NCBI GenBank assembly: GCA_020523885.1
Contig: JAJAPY010000017.1
Span: forward strand, 2,492-66,491
Direction: 5' to 3'
Length of the DNA: 64,000 nucleotides
Source: Candidatus Liberimonas magnetica
Lineage (GTDB): Bacteria > Elusimicrobiota > Endomicrobiia > Endomicrobiales > JAFGIL01
The position numbers and the translations under genes were made by a program. Under the pieces are notes generated by a model that searched no databases, was not told the DNA's origin, and was given only the letters and a program-made list of their open reading frames with translations. Of this stretch, positions 40,801 to 52,800 are shown piece after piece. Every line of letters begins with the position of its first letter. Position 1 is the first letter of the stretch.

Positions 40801-43800
40801 CTGAGAAGGCTTGTCTTTTTCTCTGCTTTTTTGCACCAATTTATTAACTGTTTCTAGTTTGCTAATTAAGATCTGAAGTTTTATCTGCAATTGCTCTATA
40901 TCTATAGCAGTATCTTTACTGTTTAAAACATCTTCTATCTGTGCTATAACCTGGCAAAGAAGCACAAAGCTTATTTGTTCAACATAGATTTTACGTTCTT
41001 CACCCGTAAGCCCGTATGAGTTCGTTTCTCCCATGGACCTTATGAACAGCCAATCAGCCAGAGGTATCATCAGCCCATTCAATTCTTTTCTTAAGGCTAA
41101 AAGGTTTTCGTTAAGTTTACTGAAGTCATCGCCTAACCTCATTTGTATCAGTTCGTTAGATTCGCCTTTAGAATAACTTGAAGATATTCTTTGGATGGTG
41201 GTTTCAATCTTTTTAGCTTTTTCTATTGTTTTCGTTATATCCTTATGCGCGAAATAAAACTTATTATGAAAATCTATTATAAAATAAATAAAATTCATAA
41301 TCTTTAACTTATTTAATAGATAATATATACTTGTTACAATATTAGTCTGGATAAATTCGAATATCAGTCTCCTAAAAGGTGTAGCTCTGTCCCGGAGACA
41401 AGTGATCAGCAGGTTCTTGTCAGCCGATTCTATCAGCGTCTTCTGAATATATTCCTCAATAGACCTGTTAAAAATCGGGCCAAATACACTTGCGGTATAC
41501 ATATTTCCTTCTCTGTTCATCCTTCCTAATTCTATAAGGCCTAACTGCTCCTGGTCTTTAGTTTGTTGGGAAACATGTTCTCTGATCGTTGTGACTAATT
41601 TCATCCTTGCCATTATTGATAGCTCGTCGTATGTAAACCGCTTAGCATCAAGGTAATGACTAAGATGCATAACGTCCATGTAATGAATCTGTTTGGAAAT
41701 ATTAGCCAATAAAGAAACAATCCTGAGATTCTCGTTTCGCTTTTCATCTTCTTTGCCTAGAATAGAGCTATTCCAGAAATCAAGGTCTATATAAACGGTG
41801 TACTTGCCTTCATCTAATTTTGGATCTATGAATATTACACTTGAGTCAGTAAAGGGATTCATTATATTTGATTTTAACGGATTATCCGGAGTAAAGAATT
41901 TAATATTAAAACCCTCTTTATATTCAGTAATTAAATCTATGGCTTCTCTAAATAACTTTCCTTTACCTTGTTCTGAAATATCTGCTGAATTAGATAATTC
42001 CTCAGCTAAATTTTTAATATCAGCTTCTGCCCTCATTCTTGCTTCTTCATCTTTCCGGCTAAAGTCATGCGTTATTATGTGATTTTTTACGATATCTGTT
42101 GTTGACATATAGGCCTTATAGCTGAAAGCTAGTTTATGCCTTGCCTTTATCAATATTGAATCAGTTATCTTGTTAATTGTTGCAATATCGCTGCGGTTTT
42201 GATTCATCTTAAAAAAGATATTTACTGAACATTTCAATGTTCCTGACAGGCTCAATTCGGTAAAATTCTTGAATATTGTCGGCTTAGCCGTATAAGCATT
42301 GAACTTAATTTTTCTTACACCTGATTTCCTTGCTTTGATAACGAATTCCATTAAACGGAAAATATCTAAAGATAGATTATCCCAGCCTTCGTCATCTAAC
42401 TTCATTTGGCGTTTAAACTGTTCCTGAATCCATTTAACAAGTTCATTTCCGTCCAAGTTAGATGAATCGTATATATCAAGGGAGACTTCATTTATTGTTG
42501 AAGGTATATTAATTTTTGGCATACGGCTTAAAGCTATTTCGGAATTTATCGCAAGCGACATATTTGATATTAATGAATATATCGGTTTTAATAGAAGTAC
42601 GGCAAATGTTAAAAAGAAAACAGAAGAAGTTATAATCAATAAAACGTTATTTAAAACAAATGTAAAATATGAACCCAAGGCTAAACTTATTCCTATTAAA
42701 CTCAAAACAGCAATCAATTGCTCCAGGTTAGATCTAAAGTTAATGTTCCAAAAATCAACTGTAAAAACATTTTCCTTTAATAACCGGGTTTTTTGATGTC
42801 TGACTATAATCTCTCTTTTTAGCTGCTCGTTTCTTTTTTCTGTGTACTTGGACTGAAATTCGTTTATAATTCCTGCTATTCCAGTACCATCCATGAGCTT
42901 GTGCAGGATATCTGTAGCATCCTTACTGAATTCATTTCCTACATCTCCTGCATACGGGTATGGTACATTGCCCGCGTTTGAGACATCGGCCTGGCAAGCT
43001 ACAAGCATCCTGATATCAGTATCAGGGAATCTGTCTTCCCATTCCTTTATTTTTTTTGCTATTGATTCCATCCCGTCAGGTAGGTCGTAAATACTAAGGA
43101 TAGTTATTGATTTTGGATTTTCCGGGAGTAAATCTTCAATAATATCTATGATTGTATTCCCGGTTACAAGGAGAGAGTCGGCAAGTATTATATTGCCCCC
43201 TTGTATTTGAAGTTTACCCGGGTTATCTTTCCAGTCGATCCCATAATTTAGAACAGGGCCGCTGGCAGATCGCTCACTTGTTACAGGACATACTTTGGCC
43301 TTAGGATAAGTATCATAGATAGCCTGCTGTAATACCACGCCGCCTTTCAAAACAGGCATAATAATAATGTTTTCATCCTTGTTAAAATCTAAAAATGTCT
43401 CATTTAGGGCTTCATTTAAATATTTTAGATATTTCAAAGTTTCTTTAGTTAACCTTGATATTATATTGTACCTGGTTGTCAAGGAACTTGTTCGTAAATC
43501 AATGAATTGCCGCATCAGGATTCCAATTTGTCTTATCCCTTCAATCCTGTAATCCGGTTGAGTTTTATTTTCTTCTGTAATGGCAGATGAAAGAACAATA
43601 GTTTTATCCTTCAGAGTCTGTATAACATCATCCTTGGATTCCAGCTGTTTAACCAGGTTTTTTATAACTTCAGCTAAAGAAGTCCGCAGGTCAGCTGAGC
43701 TTTTTAATTCTGCTTCAAACGGTTCCCCTTTATATACGCCTTTATTAGATATAATGCTTTTTACTGTATAGGCTAAGTCATAAGACGTATAAGCCAGATA

Positions 43801-46800
43801 CTCTTTCACGTCCTTGGATGTTAAATATTTAATGCCGTTATCCGTGACCTCATAAGCCACGACATTTCCCAGACCCTTTAGGCCAAGTCCTCTTGTAATA
43901 TATATTTTATGCCCCTGTAACACTAATTCTATGGCGTTTATGCTTACGGTTTTTCCTGAGATCCTTAACAAGCTGATACCTATAAGGTTGTTGACTACGT
44001 ATTTAAGTACGGCCCCGATGTTGGCTATCCTGTTAGGATCATAATTTTTAGGTATATCCATTGAATTAGTGCATGTTATATCGGAGTCCTCTTCGCTTAT
44101 TTTATCAGAAAATTTGCCGTGAACAACTCCACGGAATATCAGTTTTTCACCAAATTTTCTTTTTACTAAAATATTTTTTGCAGCAGTTAAGGTAGTACCC
44201 GTTGAAATTTCATCGTCAATTAGGAAGACAGTTGCATTGCTTATAGGTACCCCGTTAATTTCTAATATAACTCCCACATATTTTGCAAACCAGTTTATTT
44301 TTAGAACGTCTATTAACAACCAGCCGAACAGCTTATATGGCAATTTTTTACTGCCGGCAGGAAATTTTTGATAAATTTTATTGTCCTTGTATTCCGCTAA
44401 TTTGTCCTTATTTAAAAAACCGCTTTCTATTACAACGGGTATATCCAGGCCGTACCTGTTAGCGATGCTGTCTTTAAGCGATAACGCTGCTTCTTCTGCA
44501 TAGCTTGAAGACCCCATATCCGGCGATAACAATAATAAAGGATGAGAATTTAAATGCTGATAAATATTGACTTTCTGTTCATTAGTCAGAGTCAGGCTCT
44601 TGCCGTCTTTAAGGAATTGTTTCTGTTCTTCGGACAATTCTAATTCCGGGATCGAATTAAGAAGTAATTCAAATTGTTTTTCAGCAACGTGGACAAAAGC
44701 ATTCAAATTATACAAAACATGCCCCATAAAAGTAACCTGGCCGCTTTTTCCATTTCCATAAGGAGCGTTTAAAACCACATGCGTATCAACCAAGGCGTCT
44801 ATCATTGTCAGCATTGTATCGGCCGCTAGGCCGCTGTGCCCGAATTCATCCTCGGACACTTTATTCTGCCTGGCATAGCTTTCGTATTCATTGATGAGGC
44901 TGATACTATTTACGCCCGCATCACGTAAAGCAACAAGGATAAGCCACAGTTCCATAATATCCTTATTGTTTTCAGTACTATGCATTAAAACAATATTTTT
45001 TCCGGCTATATCCTTTGGTACCTTAATTACCCAGTTAAGGGGGTTCTGGTCGTCTTTATTTTCTATTATAATCCTTTCCGCATTTTTGGGTACATCACTT
45101 AAAAAGCCAAAGAAACGTTTGTTTTCTGTCATCCATTCGCTTTGAATTGATTTTAAATTTTTTGCTGCTATGTCGGCATCAGACCGCAGTCTTGTATGTT
45201 CATAGAGAACATCCTGCAATACAACAGAGGTTTTTCTCTTATCAGGAGTTAGCGGTACAATAGGCTTTTCAATAACATGTTCCTTGTCTCCATAATGTTT
45301 ATAAATGATGTCACAATGCTGGCTTAGGAGCCTGTCAACCCCGTTTTTAAATTCCTGCACATTCCTTAATTTTAATATGACTTTGAAATCTTTATTTCCA
45401 TATTTTTTTGCATATAGTTTCAACATGTCTGCAACTAATATTATTGTTACTATATCATCATAGCTGTCAATGTCACATTCCAGGGTCACATTTTTTGCGG
45501 TTTTTAAGGGTTCAGGATTCTTAAGCCTAAGATCAATTTCTTTGCCAAGGTTAGTCCCTTTTCTTAGTTCTTTTCCCGCAAGCCTTCTCTCATTAAATTC
45601 TATAGAAATTTTTTCATCTGTTATCGCTAATAAATTAAGCGGTTTATTTTCAGAATCAGCTCTCTTGACCCAGTCTCTAATAAAATTCAATAAGAACCTT
45701 TTTGCAGTTTTAAATGTAAGTCCTAACATAACAGTAAAATTGATCCATGTTTCAACAGCATAAATCATCCAGTCTGCTGTCATCTTGTACTGTATCAATT
45801 TATGTAGATAGTGTTTTCTCTGCAGTTCTATTTCTTCCATAGATGTCGGCCTTATTACTTTTTCACTTTCCTTGTTGGTTGAAATGATGTTACCGCTTCC
45901 ATCAATTATATCTAACCTGATCTCATAATCACCTGCCTCTATGTCATCCCCGATCTGCCAAGCTGACTTATCTAGGGATAGTTTGGTAGTATCATTTGAA
46001 GGTATAACAACATCCATCGTTTTTTCCTTTATAACCTTTCTAGCTCCGGATGTTTTGTCAACTTTAAAAATGCTTATCTTCAATTTTGAATTAGGTACTA
46101 TGTTTAAATCGTTTACCAGCCACAGCTCTTCAAACCAGTGACTATGTATTCTTTTCTCGTCCTGATTTTTCGTAACTGCAGACGCCATTAAAGGCTGGTT
46201 GGCCAACCGCATCAGCTCGAAAGAAGATTTTTCATTCCTGAAAAAATCCACCACAGACCAGGTAATAGAATTCCATATATCATTAAAGGTAAACATTATC
46301 TGGCCTTTAAAATGTTTTTCTCTCCTGAATTTTTCTGTATACCTTTTTATCAACTTACCCTGATAGTCCTGCGAATTTGCTATAAATTCGGATAAGGTCT
46401 TGGCAGGCTCAACCCCTGCCATGCCAAACATATAATACGGCTGGAAATTATGATATATCAGCCTTTTGAGAACCTTCTTTGCCAGCTGGTCTTCTGGAGA
46501 CAGATCATCAGGTTTCGATTTCATTAATTTATAGTAGTTTTTTAATCTTCTCCAGTCCATTTGTTTTATTATATTCCAGTTATTTTCTTCATCCTTGTCG
46601 TCCGCTACACCTACAAGCATTCTCCTTATCATCTCTTCTGAGGGCAGGGATTGTGCCCCGAATTCAGATGGAAAAACCGTATTATATATGCGATACATAA
46701 ATGAAGGCATGTACCATTCAGGATAAATATGTTCATCATGGCCGGAAAACTCTTTTACTATTCTTGACCTGTCTAATCTGCGGACTTTTTCAAACATCAG

Positions 46801-49800
46801 CTGGTCTAAGGTTTTTGACTTATCTGTCTGGCCGGACAAGGCAGGTTCATTGTGGCAGCACCATAATACTACTGAAGGATGGTTATAGAGCATATTGACC
46901 ATTTCAGCTATCTGCTTTACAGCCTGATGTCTGAATTCTTCTGAATCAGAATACTGCCATTGCAGTGTAAAATCCTGCCAGACCATTATTCCATTTTCAT
47001 CACATAACTTATAAAATTCATACGGCTCTACATGGGCATGGACCCGGACCAGGTTCATATTGAGTTTTTTTAATAGTTCTATATCTCTTTCAAAAAAACC
47101 TTTGCTCTGGCTAAGCATCAGGCTGGAAACATAACTTGTTCCTCTGGGCTTAATTTTTCTTCCGTTCAGATACCAGGTGCCGTCATCAGCCTGTTTAATT
47201 TCTCTGATGCCAACTTGATTTTTGTAAGAATCTAAACGTTGTTTTTTAGAATCTTGAGAAAGAGTTATCTCAACATCATATAAAGCCGGTTTATGACCCG
47301 GGTCACAGAGATCCCAAGTCCACCACAACTGCGGGTCCGGTATAGTGACATCAACTATTTGTTTATTCTGTCCCGGAACAAGTTCTAGTGTAACTTTTTT
47401 AGTATATGGTTCAAATATTTTCTCACGTGGAGTTAATGGTTTCCCATCCTCGTTTAAAATGTTCCCATCCGGGTCTCTGATTATTATTTCATATATAACA
47501 GTTTGGTTTACATCCAGCTTATTTTCTCCGTTTATCTCAATAGCTATATTGGCATCTCCCTTTGGCCCCTTATTTAAATTAGTAGTAATCTTAGCATTCT
47601 CTATTCTTACTTTATCTTTAACAATTAGAGTGACATCATTCCATATACCTCCGGTATTCATATCCTGGCCGTCCATGGGATTCCAGTCTTCCGTATATGG
47701 AACCAACCTGGAACCAGGCCTTAAATCCCATATTTGGAATATACCTTTTAGCAGTCTTTTCATCTGAGGCCAGATTGTCGAATAAGTATGTGCATAGCCT
47801 GCTTGTTCATTCGGCGAATTGACTTCTACGACAATATCATTGTCTCCTGCTACTAAGTATGGAGCAATATCAACTTCAAAAGGCTGGAAATATCCCTCGT
47901 GTGAAATAACCAGGCGGCCGTTAACATAAACTCTGGTAAAATAATCAACACCGTCAAAATGCAGCAATATCTGTTTGTCTTTAGGTACTGAGGCTATATT
48001 TAACTTCTTATGGAACAACATCGCACCTGCATAATTATGGACACCTTCTGCTAATTCCCAGTTGGTAGGCAGGTTCATGGCAGTAGTTGTAATATCTCCA
48101 TCTTTTGCTATTACACCCCAATTACCATTTAATAGTGTTTTTTCTTGGCTCAGATCAACAGGCACAACTTCAGTGGGCGTAAAATCAACAGGCAAGTCTT
48201 CTATCGGCCTTTCTTTTATCGGGATAGATTCTATTATTCTTGTATTATCATAGAGTTTTTTATTTGCTTGTTCAGATATATCAGAAAAGGCATTCATCTG
48301 TCCTTCAAACTCGGCATTGTCTCGGGTACCGGCTATTGCGGAAGTAAATATAGATTCAGGAGGAGTATAAACTTCAACTTTTTGAAATCTTGATTCACCT
48401 GACAAAGACTTCAAAGAATCGAAAATTGTCCAGTAAAAATCCTGGTCTTGTGCTGACAGCTCCGCTTCTCCGTTTTGTTCCATGAAATTCATTAATTTGG
48501 CGTAAAATGTATAAGGATTTTCTTTATTCGATAATATGATATACGGGATCAAGAAGTGAGCTATCATTTCAAGCATGGGCGGGGACCTTCCAGAGGATTC
48601 TTGGACTATTTGATTTTTTAGTTTTGAAATAACGCTGCAGAATGAACTAAACTGTGCAGGGTCGTCAAAACTAAAAAGAGTTATTCCTGTATATGCCTGT
48701 ATTTGTTTAATATCCGGGTTATTAAAATCATATAAGCCTATTACTGACCGTTTTGTCAATTGATTGGCTAGATCAGATCCTGTATTAAACTTATGAAATA
48801 ACCTGTTTAGACGGCCATTTTGCATAATAATAGATAAAGATTGTGAAACTGTTTGACTATAACTTACATTTGACCCTATTAGTGTAATATTGCCGGTACG
48901 CTTTATTTTCCCCAAATAAGCATAACCCGGGTCAATGACTACCCGGCCGCCTCTTGGACCATCTTTTGTAGAACCTAAATTCTGTAAGGCTTTTATACCG
49001 TTAAGAAGCGCCAATTCAAGCGGAGTTACAGATTTTCCTCTTATCTTAATATTTAATTTAGAATTTAAAATATTTCTGTCTATACCGTCACAATTAAGTA
49101 CTACTATTCTAAGTTTGCTGGGGTCTTTGCCTTGAAGTGCAGGGTGTTTTGATGTCAAATTATTTATGAAAAATGAATCAAAAAACGATATCCCATTGCC
49201 CAGGCTGGCACTTGGTATACATTCAAAAGGGGTATCTTTCAGCTTTGGATTTCTTTTTTCAAACAATTCGTTGAAATATTCAGTGTCAGATGCATTATTG
49301 CCGGTCATGACAAGAACTAAATCCGGTAATTCGCCATCAACTGCTTCGTTTAGTTGTTCGCACTCATTTTCCAGGATATCATTATGATAAGGTGCTGCGG
49401 TTGAGGTTTTGTCACCCATAGCTTTATATTTTTTAATTATTTTGCCGCCTTTTCTATAACTATTAGTAAACAAGCCCAGGATTATCGGTGTCCAATGGAA
49501 AAGAATTAACAGGCCTACTCCTGTAACAAAAGAATAAAGAAAACCAGCGGCAGTTATACTGGTACCCCAGATAAAATATATTACAAAGGGCTTTAAAAGC
49601 AGGACTAAAGGCAAAAACCTTGAAAGCATTCTTCTTACTCTCCACCCTTCTGACATGCCCAGTTCAAAATATGTATGACTATTTTTACTTCTGAAATAAG
49701 TTTCTTGTTCTTTGTCAAGTTCCTCTTTATTATATAAACCAAGGATAATATAATTCCCGGAATTAATAATATTTTGCATGAGTTTTAATATGTATCTCTT

Positions 49801-52800
49801 TGATAAGGCAGAGCCGACGCTTACGCCAAATATCAGTCTTACTAAATCCATCAGATGTGTTTTCTCCAAGAAATACCAAGTGCTGTTTTTTGATATCTCA
49901 TATTTTGAAAGAATTTCTATATTATTAATATAACCGTGGATTTTGCAATAGGCGATTACATAGCTGTACATTTCAGCCAAGGCTTTGATCTCAGGATTTA
50001 ATTTTACACTCTCTTCACTATTTAGTTCAGATATTTTATCAAACGTTAAATCTAAAAGTATCTGGAGATGCCCGTAGAGGTTCATAATCTTGTCTCTGTG
50101 CGCAATTTCTTCAGTTTTAAATGAAATAGGAGTGATCTTTATAATTTTTTTAAGGTCGTCTCTCATAGAATCAATATCATCACTTGACAGGCTTTGATTA
50201 TTTCCCAGGACGCTATACCAGTGCCCGATGTAATGGTTTGATACATCAAATACATCTGCCGGGTTATATGTTTCACTTTCTATTGATTTTATCTTGTTTT
50301 GGAAGCGGATTTTAGAGTCATAAATAATCTTTTCAAGTTTATTTTTATTATCGCTTAGTTGTTTAGTTGCATCCTTTGAACCTTCATTATCTTTAGTATT
50401 CTCCAGTCTTTTGACAGCCTCTAATATGGAATCTAAGGCAGTAATAGCCAATTTCTCATCGGCATTATGCAGCGCTTTCATCAATGCATGGGATAAACGA
50501 ATAATATCTTCTTTTGCTGATTTTATTGTTTTAAGAACAAGTTTGTTTGATCTATTAGCCTGATATAATTTATCAATAAGGCTGATAGACGAATCAATAA
50601 GTGTTTTTATTTCATCGGCCTTAGTTATTGCTTTGCTTATATTTTCTTTTAATTCCGGCGTTATATAACCGTTGATCGTTTTGATGCGGCTGTCATAAAA
50701 ATAGTTATCTCTGCCAATAATAATAAATGTCCAGTGCAGGAACATGGATAAGCCAATGCCTGTTACAAAAGGTATTATAAAAGATAATAGAATAATTGTG
50801 CTTAATTGAGTAGATACATAATTCGAACCGATACTCCAAACAATTGTGGCTATGATTGACTGCAAAGAAATTAAAAGATTTAAGGTTCTTTGCAGAGCTT
50901 TTCTCTGATTCCATGCTTTATTCATTCCAAGTGCGATTTGTTCAGGCGGGTTTTCCATATCCTTTATGTAGTGCTCTATATCTAACCTTAGTTCTTCATT
51001 ATTGTATAACGATTCTAAAATCATGTTCCCCAAACCGGATATTTTATCTATCTGCTTTCTAAGGTCATTTTTCGAAACCCTGATGCCGTATCCCATGCCA
51101 AATACAAGTCTATTCAAGGGCATGATCCCAGTCCGCTCAAAAAAGGATTTCTTATTAAAAATATAGCCTGACATAATATCCAGATTCCTGGCAAAATCAA
51201 GCCCGCGGAGGTACTCTAGTCCATACAAGGACAAGGGAATAAAACGATTTTTGAAATTATTAAGCGCTGATAAGGTTAATTGCAGGTTTTCTGATCCAAT
51301 ATATTTAGCATTTGTTTCAATGGTTTGATTATCAATACTTTCTATTGTTTTTAAAGATAATTCGGTAAATTTTTTGTAGAGCTGTGCAGAGGATTTGGCA
51401 TTAAACCCAAACATTTTATTTGAAAACTTTGTTATTGATATAAAATTTTTTGAAATTTCAAAAATTCTTTCAAGCCCTACAAAATCACCGGTGGTATTAT
51501 ATTCTTCAAGAGTTTTTTCCCATTCATCCAAATAAGTCTTGGCTGATTTAAATATTACCCCTGACTTGGGATCAATTTGCGAAATATCAGCTGTCAATTC
51601 TTCATCAATTTCCTTGCCCATCGTTGGTTTTAAACGGAATAATGTTAATGACACTTTTGTTCTAATTCTTTTTAGAATCGAATCTTTTGGTTTTGCGCTT
51701 AAAGGATACTCTGGCTTTTCTGATATTCTTTGGAATGTTTCTAATTGTTTTTTGCAACTGGAAGGAATAGCCTCGGTATCAGGATAGCTTCTGGTAATAA
51801 GGGATGCTTCGGGAGTGAAAGAAGTCAAAGAAAAATTGCTGAAATGGCTGTCTCTGAATAAGTTTCTATAAAATCTGAAAATGTTTAAGTAATAATCCTT
51901 GTTGCCTTTTAGAGTTTTTCTAAATAGCATTAAATAGGTGAAAGGGTCTTCATTGTTAGATAACATTACAAGAGGTATTAAGATATGTTTAACAAGGTCT
52001 AATTTCGGCGGCGACCTATTGACGTAACCTGCAGTTGCAGCAGCTTTTAGCTTTTTCATCGACTTAAGGAAGAAAAGGTATTTTTCAGTGTCTTCAAAAC
52101 TGATTGTCAGGTTGCCTGTAAAAGCATAGTTTTGTTCAACTTTTGGGTCTTTGAGTTTTGGCGGCATCTGACTCTTTTCTATGGTTTCATCGATTTTTTC
52201 GGTATCATAATCCGGAAATAATTTTAGTATCCTTGCATTCCCGTTCTTCAACACAGTAGGATGTTTTTGTTCATCCATCTGGTCATCGCTTACTTTAGCC
52301 AGTTCGCAGGTTACGTCTCCGACTCTATTCATATAGCCCAGGACTATATTGCCTGGGTCTTTAACTACAATGCCGTACCTGTTTTTGTCTTTGAGCCTTT
52401 GAGTTTCCCTGACCCCTCTAAGCAATGCGAGCTCTAAGGGTGTTATTTTTTTGCCTTTGATTTGTATAGGCAGTTCGTTTGTTATTCTACTGGGCTCAGA
52501 TTCGCTTATGTTAAGCACAACGATTCTCATTTTAGTAATATCTTTACCGGCAAGCTGCGGATATTGTCTTCTTAATATTTCCATTCTTTCAGAGTCTTGA
52601 TAGGTTAAGGCATCTATAAGGCTTATGCCGTCTCCAGTTTGTGCGCTTGGTACAACATCAAACGGAATATTTGACAAGGATGGATCCAGGCCGGATTTAA
52701 TAAAGTCTCTATAATAGTTTTCCATTCGTTTATTATTCCCGGTCATTACAAGTACAAGGTCGGGTAAATCTCCGTTTGAAGCATTTTCAAGTTCTTTAAA

